In this document: in pieces, positions 39,601 through 50,395 of the stretch
Position numbering within the stretch: the first letter of the stretch is position 1
How the letters are laid out: each line of letters begins with the position of its first letter
Source: Paragordius varius
Taxonomy: Eukaryota; Animalia; Nematomorpha
Direction: 5' to 3'
DNA length: 64,000 nucleotides
Assembly: GCA_964247055.1 (NCBI GenBank)
Contig: OZ176053.1
Location: 6,324,001-6,388,000 of the forward strand
Position numbers and translations under genes: made by a program
Notes under the pieces: generated by a model
Database searches by the model: none
What the model was told of the DNA's origin: nothing
The model's input: the letters and a program-made list of their open reading frames with translations, nothing else

Positions 39601-42600
39601 TTAATTTTCCATCAATCGATACTTGTTTGACATTTATCTTGGAATGATAACAAAATATATAACTGGAAAAATAGCCCGACAAATAAAATATTTAAAAGCC
39701 GATTGTCTAAACTTGGACTATAAATATGCCACTTTAATAGTATTTTTTTAAACTATTTTATTTTTGAGGCCTGAAAATCTGCAATTAATTCCGATACATA
39801 CTTGTCACCCTAATCTGAAATTTGATGGTTTTAAAGGGGTGATTTTTATAATTTTTAAGGTTTTTTGGCAAAAAATATGTGAAAAATTATATACATTAAT
39901 AAATTTGGTCATGTCTGGCGTTTTAAGTATTATAGTCAAGTTTCTGTTTTTTTTTTCATTTTTTGTTGAACATTGTTTTTTAACATCTATAGTATAAAAA
40001 TCTGGAGGCTAGTTTATGGTAAAATATATTTTTCTTAGCAGACATTTAAAAATTAACTTATTTTTGATTTTGTTTTTCAAACTCTAGATGCATATATAGC
40101 TCATCATATAATTAACGAATACAATTATTATAGTTGGCATATGCAAAAGACAATTATAAAATCAGAAAAAAACGAAAATATAAATATTTTTTAAAAAAAC
40201 AACCATACTTTTCAAACCTTGATTTTTATTTACAATTCATCGTTTAGGCGTATAAAATAAGGAATTGAGACGTATGTTGGTAACACTCAATTATCTTTTT
40301 CAAAATTGTATTATGCAGAAAAAATCAAGGTTTATAAAAGTATGACTTTCTTAATAAAAAAATGTATTTGTCCCTATTTGTTTTGTCTTTATAATTTTAT
40401 GTCAAACTGCAAAATAAACAAGTGAATGTAGCCAAAGAATTAAATTTACATACCATTTTCCCATCATTTCCAAAAATGATAAGACCATCATCAAATATAA
40501 TACCAGGTTTTGTGCAATTCACAAAATTAATATTATAACCAGTGGGGACACTATGACTCTTCCACATCACCGATGAAAAAAATGTGACTTTCTAGGCATA
40601 AAAAGCAAAAAAGAAAAGATATGTCAATTAGGAACTTACTATTTATTAATATTAACTCAGTTAAATAACAATAAAAAATAGCGGTATTATAAAATTAGCG
40701 GTTCCGAAAAGTTGAAATGATGGATATTAGTTATCCTATTATTCATTCCAGTTTAGGTATAGGGCAGTTAAAAAATTAAGTAAATTTGTGTTTTTCACTC
40801 AAAAATTCCGAATAGACACAATACAAGCAAAAAGTCTTTTTTGATAATAAAGTTATTCAGAAATCTATATGAAATTCAATGATAAAGGAATGTAAATGTG
40901 TTGCTAAACAAAAAAACCAATTTGAAACTCTTCATTATATTACTTTTCCATCGGGATACAATTCATCATTCATGAGATATAAGGCCCAAGCACCAGGTTT
41001 TTTATCATTTCCCCGTATGAAATTATGAATGGTTTGACTGGGTTGATTCCAATCCACACAACATTTTTCAGCTTTATTCCATATGGGATCATAGGTGCCC
41101 TTCTCATGATCTTGTGGAATACAAGGAGCCTGCCCCCTTTCTATCAATTGGACACTTTCCAACTAACGAAAAAAAAGGCAATAAAATATTTGAGGGTTAA
41201 AGCTAATAAAAGGAAAAAAATTGTGGGGGGGGGTATTCTTAATTTTGCTCTTTTACTTTATATAATAAAAAACAGTTGGTTTAAATCAAAATAATTATTT
41301 TACATATCGTATCGAGTAGTTGGTCATTTAAGTATTCTAAAAAACTAAAAGGAGATCTAATTTTTCTGTTGGTATGTAGAGATTTTTTATTTTTGTTACT
41401 TACATATTTATATTGAAATTGTATGAAACAGAGATGCGCAGGTTTGAAATTAAATATCATTTTAGCGATAATTTTAATGTCACTTATGAAAACCGATAAG
41501 TTAAATACCGTTGTAACCAATTAAAAATCAAAATGATTTAATAGATCTCGTTACTGTAGTATAGAATTAAAATTTGCGTATTTATATAATGTGTTCTTGA
41601 TTAAATAATTATTTTTGAAATACAAAAAAAATATTTGGTCGGTTATGACATTTTAAATAAATGTCAAATTTAACAAAAACTCAACTTTAAAAATGGTAAA
41701 TATACATTAATCGTTATACTTGGAGTTTATTTTTAAATTTTTATAAATGAGTAAAATTCAAGTAATTTAAAATAACAATGATATCAAAACTTGTTATTTA
41801 GAATAGACCATAATTTAATTAAGGCAAAGAACTTTTAGGTAAAGCCTTAAACTTTTATGCAAAAACTCTAATTTTATATATTATTGTAATTTTACTGAAA
41901 GAGCAACAATTAATGATCAAAAATTGATAATTTGTTTCCAAACATTCTTTAAACTTCCATTTTTTTATCCGCATATTATGTTTGTCAATAATTGGGCGAT
42001 AAAAACTTTTTTGTTTCGCATCATAAGATTAAAATATATTTGCCAAATTTGCATTATACGATTCAAAATTTATATTTATGAACAAAGAGATTAATAGAAA
42101 AAAATTCTTTCGTAAATTACAATGTTTCAATATACGTGCCTGCCTTATCTTAACGCCCATGTGTTATCGTATATTTTATGCAAAAAAACATACAAGTACG
42201 TTGAACTTCAAATTAAAAACTAACCAAAGATTTAATTCCTTCCGGATATAAATATCGGGAATAGAGAGAATTCACGGTATCATTTGCCTCAACTTCTGTA
42301 GTCTTTTGAAGTAAAATTGGTCCGGTATCTAAACCCTCATCGGCCCAAAATATAGTAAATCCAGCAAGTTTATCGCCAGACATTAGAGTCCAATTTATAG
42401 CTGAAGCACCTCTATGCTTTGGAAGTATTGAGGGATGGTATACAATCGTTTTAAGCCGAGGGAAATTAATAACTTCCATCGGAATATATTGAGAACAAAA
42501 TGGTAAAATGTTTAGATCGGGTTTCGTATTTTGATAAATATTAAATATTTCAGGTATGATTGTTTTACCGTCACGCCATTTTTTAATTTTGTAGCAAGGG

Positions 42601-42796
42601 ATACTCAATAATTTGGCTTCTTTTGCTATAAATTTGTTTGAAAAAAAAAGTTTAAAGATAAAATCCTACCTAAATCGTCTTCTTTTCCATCTTTATCGTC
42701 TATACAAAATACTCCACATATTTCATATCCATTCTGCTTTAATATTTTTGTGGTATCTGCGCTAAATTTGCTTTGTCCGATAATTGCTATGCGCAT
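30647..42796 (-). CDS. ALDH1L1: 10-formyltetrahydrofolate dehydrogenase (hydrolase + carrier + ALDH domains), ~18 exons; no mitochondrial presequence seen
   Basis: [11 protein letters not shown] start; [19 protein letters not shown]; ADEGLDTGP; carrier domain [16 protein letters not shown]; [13 protein letters not shown]; GFTGSTDVG; LELGGKSP; catalytic [10 protein letters not shown]; EESFGP; [15 protein letters not shown]; ends VKTVTIEY* at 30647. Confidence 0.96.
32150..32790 (+). mobile_element. Degraded Penelope-like retroelement remnant in an ALDH1L1 intron
   Basis: Frameshifted fragments LKHI/FHQNG*, VIFKCSR*SVYI*G (GIY-YIG-like), and [23 protein letters not shown], matching the RLIREAI...LNxDxG terminus of Penelope endonucleases. 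Confidence 0.6.
42626..42669 (-). other. 44-nt first intron of ALDH1L1
   Basis: GTAGGATTTT...AAATTTATAG. Removal gives [17 protein letters not shown], colinear with DGKADPLGLEAEKDGVP. Confidence 0.85.
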
Positions 42797-42872
42797 TTTT
42801 TAGGCTTAGTGGCATGCAAATTGAAACATATGTAGTGCCTTGTGGTACCTTACCATAAAAGACTTTTTTCTG

Positions 42873-44623
42873 ATGTTAAAAAATGAAACAGGCCTTGATC
42901 CCAGAGAGTTGATAGATTTTTATACAAAATTAGCGCAGCAAATTTATTTTGAACCATGTTTCACGCAATTTAAAACTGAATTAAAGCGAAAGCTACTACA
43001 GTATTATAATCAAGTGGATTTTCATTATGATGTAACACATATCAAAGATATTGTTGATGATTTACGAAAGAATCCTACATTTAAGGAAAATATTTATGCG
43101 ATTCCTTTGGCCTTTTTAAATTTTTCAATTCAAGATGGATGTTATGATGCTAGAAATATGTATCTCCTGTCAAACATCCTCCAAACCTTAAAATTAAACG
43201 CGATAGCTTTTGAGAAACAAGAGGATGAATTATTATCCCTCATAAATCCTAAGTCAACCGACGAGGAAGCGCCATTCTTTAAGAGCAGTAAATTTAAAAA
43301 GTAATATATTGTCAAATAATTTTTAGGTATTGCAAAATAGCCGGGGCTTCAATAATTGGCGGAACTATAATAGGTCTTACTGGCGGATTGATTGCACCTA
43401 TTTTAGCTGCCAGTTCTGGGATTATTTTTGGCGCATCTGGCGCTACTCTCCTAGGCACTACTGCGGGTATTTCCATAATTGGATCAATATTTGGTTTAAC
43501 CGGTGCAACACTCACCGGCTACAAAATGAACAAAAGGAGTGGTACGATAAAGGAATTTCGATTCGAACCTGTAAATACGATTGTTGGGCAGAAAAATTTA
43601 AAGACTCAATATAAATCTTTGGCCGTTACGATCGCCATCTCAGGTTGGATTACTAAGGAGTGCACCTTTGCCACCCCATGGAGAGATTTAAGAATCACAA
43701 AAGAAATGTATACACTGTGCTGGGAATCAGATTATTTGTTGGAATTCGGACATGGTATAAATTATTTGGTTACTTGGGCCGCTGGAACTGTCGCTCAAGA
43801 AATGTTACAAACCACCATTTTGTCAGCTATTCTGAGTAGTATATCGTGGCCCTTGACCCTTATCTCCTTAGCTTCTTTCATCGATAATCCTTGGGGTGTA
43901 TGTTTTAATCGTTCAGAAGATGTGGGAAAAGAGTTGGCCAACGTTTTACTATCTCGGGTAGCTGGAAAAAGACCCGTTACTTTGATTGGGTTTAGTTTGG
44001 GTGCAAGAGTCATTTACCACGCTTTATCATACCTGGTCAAATTTAATAAGCAACAACACCTAGGAACCAAGGCCCAAAGAACTTCTTTCCACACAAGTTT
44101 CAAACAAACACGCGCAACAAACAGGGAAACAAATAAAATTGTAAAAAACTCTGCGTCGGCAGTTGAATTAAAATCGTGTGATACAAGCAATAACGGTAGC
44201 AGTATCGATAGTAATGATTTCAAAGACATTAAAGGGATAGAAGATGCTTGTGGTATTATTGAAGATGTCATTTTGTTGGGTGCTCCAATCCCAGCCAAAG
44301 ATAATGCCTTATATGGAGAATGGATGGAAATTATTTCTGGTACCTTAACAAATTGTTACTGTAAAACGGATTGGATATTAAAATTTTTGTATCGTACAAG
44401 CTCTGCGCAATACTCTATAGCCGGTCTTGAACCTATTAATTATCAAATTTTGGTGCCTTCTGAAAATGCAGAAAACTCGAACGCAACTTTAATGCAGCAT
44501 CCTCGAATCATTAACATTGATTTAACTTCGGTCGTATCTGGGCACAATGATTACGTTGGGAAAATGCCTGATATATTTAAAACATTGGGATACCATGCCT
44601 TTTTTTACACTACTAGCAAATGA
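42873..44623 (+). CDS. TMCO4: Transmembrane and coiled-coil domain-containing protein 4 (DUF726, alpha/beta-hydrolase-like); exons 42873-43300 and 43327-44623
   Basis: YDAR motif; KYCKIAGASIIGGTIIGLTGGLIAP; IAISGW; LCWESDYL; IDNPW; GKRPVTLIGFSLGARVIY; LLGAP; DWILKFLYR; VSGHNDY. Confidence 0.92.
43301..43326 (+). other. 26-nt GT-AG intron (only intron of TMCO4)
   Basis: GTAATATATTGTCAAATAATTTTTAG. Removal joins SSKFK-K-YCKIAGASIIGG; retention gives an immediate TAA. Confidence 0.85.
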
Positions 44624-45598
44624 CCAAAAAAATGAATTTAAAGTTTTTTTGACCTATAAACGTGTATAATACCGTATATCTTTTGCTCAATATTTATTAT
44701 TAATATTGGACCACATTGCCACGTATTTTATATATTTTTATTTATAAAGTGCCAAATTATAGTATTTCACATATATGATTTATCTACGATGCAATTATAA
44801 TCTTTACATTCATTCTATAACCTATTATTTTCTTTTACATAACCAACGCAACAAAAAATATTAGAAAATCAGTAGAGTCTTCAGGGAATTTTTTAATTTA
44901 TTTTTTTATAGTAGTAATCCCGTTTTATTTAATGTTTGTGTTATTAGACGATGGCAAACAACTATATTTATTGTCACTCCCATAGCTAGCTGTCAAAATT
45001 AGAAAAAAAATAAATTTATTTTTACAAAATTCTAGCAATATATATATATAGGCCAATTATGAAAATTTCATCAATCACTTTTTTTATCATATTGTAACAA
45101 TAAAGCATTGTATTGCTATTATTATTATTATTAATCATTGTATTATCAAATTTAGTAATATGTGATAGAATGAATATCTGATAATATTATAGTTTTAGCT
45201 TATAAATTATTGAACTAGTGTATCAATAAATACAAATTGCTATTCTATATATTTAACTCTCAGTTATTAATAAATTAGACTGACTAAAAATACCCTTTAT
45301 GTGTAAATTATTTTCGTTGTCCTAACATATTTTTCCATCCAGTTCAAACAAAATTATATGTATTTATAGTCCAGTGTGCGAAAAAGGGGGCATGTTGGCT
45401 GAGATATTTTTCGGAAACGTATGGCCCATAACGAATGCTCTGAATATAGTCGGCTCACTTTTTCGAAATAACCCCTGTATTTAGCCGCTCCCCCTGTATA
45501 AAAATATTTATTGCCTTTGAAACTAATTTTTACCCAAATTTTGATACCATATACTTTAAATAATGGCTTCAAAATCTTTAAAAACATTTAGTCATACG

Positions 45599-48500
45599 TA
45601 AGGTGACCAGATTTTTTGAAGGAAAAAGCGGGACAAATCCAGAAGGGGGGTCATTGGGGGGTACAACCAAAATTTTTTATACAATATTTATTTATTTTTA
45701 ACACAAATACATTATAAATATAAAAAAATTTGTACCTTACAGGTTGTTTGTACCTTATTCAATAAATTTACATGTGCACGAACAAAGGGAGTGATTGTAA
45801 TATTCTAGAAAAAAATAATAAAGACGAAATCATCACAAAGTGCGCTGGGTGATGCAAGAAGCGGCACAAAAAATATTTTTAACAATTTAGCGAATAATCT
45901 TAATCAAAACATTATTGGCAGATACACAACGCTATTCAAACAGCTACTGAATTGTTCCCCCTGGATGTGGAAAATATAGATGTTAAAATGCTTGGATATT
46001 GTAGAACTGTGGTTAGCTCTTTTGCCAGCGATTGAAATATTTATAAAAATGTGATCTCCTAGAATCCTATTTTTTATCTCAGGACAAAGGTCAAAATTCC
46101 AAGTCAAAAAAGGTTAGAAAATAATTTTATACCATTACCTAATCGCAATATTATAAAGCATCCATAAAAACAAGGCTCAATGAATAGCCAGATTATAAAA
46201 ATGTTTTATACAAACAGAAACGATTATTTGGAAGACAAGATGGTGCACAATGACAATTTTTTATGGTCTCATTATTAAATAAATATATTGAATGAAAACT
46301 TATATTATGGACAACAGAAAAAAATATGTAGGATAGAAATGGTTAAAATAATCATTTTTAAACATGTTCCATACAATAATATTTTAATTGTAGAATTTGC
46401 ATTATCTTTACCTGAACCACTGCTATTGAACGCGTTTTTTACAGTAAATTAAGTAAGGACACGGAAGCGAATTTAAATGTTAAATAAAAGCCATTTTATG
46501 TGTTCAAATATAATTTGACAAATTATGAAGACTTATACAATATTTTGAGTAATTTTGTTTATTTTTTAACATAAAAACTTTATAAATATAAGCAAATATT
46601 TTATTCTTTGGTATATTTTTTGTTTGAGTGAATGCGTTTTGGCAGATTATCATTTTTTAAAATATTGTAGAAGTCTTCACAAGAAATTGTCAAATCATAT
46701 TTGACAGATAAAACGGCCTTTAAAGTCTCAACATTTAAATTTGATTTTTCCGATGTCCACACCTGATTTACTGTGGAAAAAACGCGCTCAGTAGCAGCGT
46801 TGGTTCCAGATAAAGATAGTGCGAATTCCACAATTTTTAAAATATTATTGTATGTAATATAGGTTGGCTTCAAAATGATGAAATATTTCCAACCATTTTT
46901 TTTCTACTGTATATTTTTCTTTTGTCCATAATTTAAGTTTTTCATTATTAATATATCTTTTAACTAATGATACTTCAGAAAAAAAGATCATTTTCTGAAA
47001 GATTACTTTTTGAGAATTTTTGGGAGCAGATATAATCAAATGATTTTTGAACATCGCACCAATTAAATTATGATTTTAATGTTATCCAATGAAAATGATC
47101 AATTTCATTAAATTGCGTCGTCCAGTCTTCCAATAATCTTTACAGTTTGTATAAAACATTTTTATATGGTACAGGATATCTTGGCGATTTATTAAGCCTT
47201 GTTTTTCTAAATTATTTATATTGCGGATGGTTAATGGTATAAAATTATTTTCTAACCTTTCTTGACATTGGAATTAGGTTCTAACCTAATTGACTAATTC
47301 AATTGCGGAATTTTTGTCACCTTCTATCAATTTAATAACATTTGAAAGAGAGAAGCTTGATTAGTAGGGACTCTAACAATATTTTTGAAGAATCACTTTC
47401 AAAAAACTTTTCCAAAGTTGTAGGACATTTGTCCTGTGATAAAAAATAGGATATTAAAGGATTATACATTTTTAAAATTCTTTCGATAGCTGGCAGAAGA
47501 GCTAACCAACGAGTTTTACAATATCCAAGCCTTTTTTGACATTGAACTTCTGCATTTTCACAGAATTCCTTGGGCGTTTCAACGCGTACCGTATATATAT
47601 AAAAAAATATATATTTTAATAACTAAATTTTCCACATCTAGCGGTAACAAATCAGTAGCTGTTTGAATAGCGTTGTGTAAATGCGCTGTACACCCAACGC
47701 CAATAATGTTTTGATTAAGATTATCTGTAATTTATGAAAAATATTTTTTGTTCCCCTCCTTGCTTTTCCACCGAAGTTCGTAATGGTATCAGCGCAATAT
47801 GCGATGATTTTGTTCTTTTAAATTATTTTTTTCTAGAATATGATTATCGAAGTAAATATTATTTCGGAATTTTCACCGGGTAGAGTATTAAATCTAAAAT
47901 TCTAATTTTTACTCCGGTTTTTGAATCAAAATATCTTATTAAAGTGGGAAATAATTTTGTTTCATGGTGATTTGATGCATCAGAGTATAGAGATATGTAA
48001 TTAATTTTCAGCAAATCTTTTAGTATTTCAGAAAATGCATGTGGCGAAAGGACATTGCATACAATGGTTTCAGCCTTTGTACGGGCACATGTAATTTTTT
48101 TATGGAATAACGTGCGAATAACCTGTGAGGTACAGTCCATAGATCTAAAAGAATGATTGTGATTAACAGCTTGAAAAGATAACACGCCCACAGCTAGTGC
48201 CAAATTCTTTTATTCCTCTCCAAAAGCGGTTTTTCGAAAAAAATCGCTCATTTTGTAAGATGATACCGCCATATCTAAACATTTTTTATGTTTCTGTGTT
48301 TCCACTTTTTAATATCATGCTTGCCGCCATGTGCTAGGGTGATTTCCCCCTCGCATATAAGACATTTAGATGATTCATTCTTCGTTTTTTTGATAAAAGG
48401 AAAATCTTTCATTAATTCCTCGTTGAATTTACAACCTCTTTTTGTGCTCATATTTATAAACTACTATTAGTATAATAAATATTATACTACCCTAATTTTC

Positions 48501-48985
48501 TGGAATAAACGTGTAAGGTACCGATTTGTGGTATCAATTTGTCTTTTAAGCTACAGATTTGTGGTATTTTGGCTTTTTAATAATGTTGGCAAGTAATAAA
48601 AATAAAATGTTAGTATAATAAATATTATATTACCTTAATTTTCTGGAATAAACGTGTAAGGTACCGATTTGTGGTATGAATTTGTCTTCTAATCTAGAGA
48701 TTTGTGGTATTAACTTGGCTTTTTGATAATGATGACAGTACTAGTAGGAAGGAAAGTGTATAAATGATATAAATTCGAAAAAAATAAATATTAATTTAAA
48801 AATAAAAAATTTTAATTTAAAATTTATAATGATAAAAAATTTAAACGGATAAAATTTATTTGTATTAAAAAAAAAATTTTATATAATCGTGAAAAAGCGG
48901 GACATTTTAAAAACGTAGCGGGACGCGGGACAAAGTGTAAAAAAGTGGGACTGTCCCGCCAAAAGCGGGACGTCTGGTCACCTTA
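45599..48985 (-). mobile_element. Full-length hAT DNA transposon
   Basis: Perfect 13-bp TIRs TAAGGTGACCAGA / TCTGGTCACCTTA. Perfect 8-bp TSD GTCATACG (45591-45598 and 48986-48993). Subterminal GCGGGAC motifs. A ~142-bp tandem duplication at 48469-48712. Confidence 0.96.
46601..48451 (-). pseudogene. hAT transposase pseudogene
   Basis: MSTKRGCKFNEEL start; BED-finger CLIC...HGGKHDIKK (frameshifted); SFRSMDCTS...CARTKAE; DASNH (first catalytic Asp); C-terminal dimerisation motif LSLSGTNAATERVFS. Broken into several ORFs. Confidence 0.9.
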
Positions 48986-49527
48986 GTCATACGCTTCTTT
49001 ATTAACTGGCTTCCTCTGTAAAATACGTCATCAAAAATAACGTGGTTTAGGATAAGCCATGAAACCATTTGATTCCAATCATTGTTTTGAGTGTTCCCGT
49101 CTAAAGGTAAAAATTTAGCCCGGCGCTTTTTTAAATCGCCATCAAATAAATATGTGACTTATTAGCTAATTTTCGCATTAACTATGATTCCATATACATT
49201 CCATGTTTTAGCTATTTCCTGTTTCCAGCACCTGGTTTTAGTGTAGTAAAAACGGTTTCACTAGATTTGGTCCCCCTTTCTGAATATGATTAGTTTCGGT
49301 TACATCTTGTTAATATCAAAACTTATTATTAAATTTTTGATTAACGGGAAAGTTTGTAAGGATTTTTTTGACTAAATAGGTGATAGCAAATAGATAAGGA
49401 CATTAACACACTGGTCTAGGCTGTTTAGAAATAATATCAATAATTTTAAATTTTCTCACTTAAGATTTGGATAAATACAGAGAGAAAAGCTGGCAACATC
49501 TACATTACAAAAAAAGTATAGAGCTAA

Positions 49528-50214
49528 TCTATTTATTTATAATGGTGGCTTTGTGATCTGGTACAGGAAAAACGGTAAACCCAATCAAATCCAAACTTCG
49601 AAAAAATATAATCATTAATGAATACCCCGACAATAACTACGCCCTTTTTTTGAAATAGGCCTTCAGTTCGGGCCCACCCCGTGGGAAAAACGGGTTTTTT
49701 TGAAAACAGAAGTCCACGAAAATCGTGTCTTTGAGACAATTTTCTGGAGAACGTGTTGGACCATTCGATTTCAAATATGATTTTTGTTTACTTATTTTCG
49801 ATTGCGCCGAACATAGTCGAGTCACTTTTTTAGTTTAGGCCCTCTTTTTACCCACCACCCCCGTAAAATGCCATTTTTTTCAAAAAACAAAGTCCACCAA
49901 AATAATTTTTTAAATCTATTTTTCGCCCTGAGACCGTAAAATTCAATATGGATTCCACGTATTCCCTGTTAAAAGGCAAAAATTTTAGACAGGTGTTTCT
50001 TTGATGATAGCTGCTGGGCAAGGAGCTACCCGCTAAAAACTGATTCCTCATGTAACTTTGTGATCTGTTTCCGGAAAACCGGTCATTCAAATCCAAATAT
50101 CGAAAAAATATAATCATTAATGAATGCCCCGACAATAGCTTCGCCCTTTTTTGGAATTAGGCCCCAGTTCGAACCCACCCCCTGTGAAAAATGGGTTAAG
50201 TCAATTTACGCTAG
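49528..50214 (+). mobile_element. Non-autonomous Helitron copy lacking the 3' hairpins
   Basis: A|TCTATTTATTTATAATGGTGGCTTTGTGATCTGG...GTCAATTTACGCTAG|T; body matches 62749-63622. Confidence 0.8.
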
Positions 50215-50395
50215 TATAATTATATATTTTTTATTTTAACAGTATTAGTTACCACTTACATTGTGTGCAAAAATGAGGGTTCATTTTTTAACAAAATTTT
50301 TTTTCATGAGATAGCTTATGACCAGCGATTTACCTTAAAAATTTTTATTTGTTGACGACCTAGAATTGGAAATAATGAGAGATATTCAAAATTGA

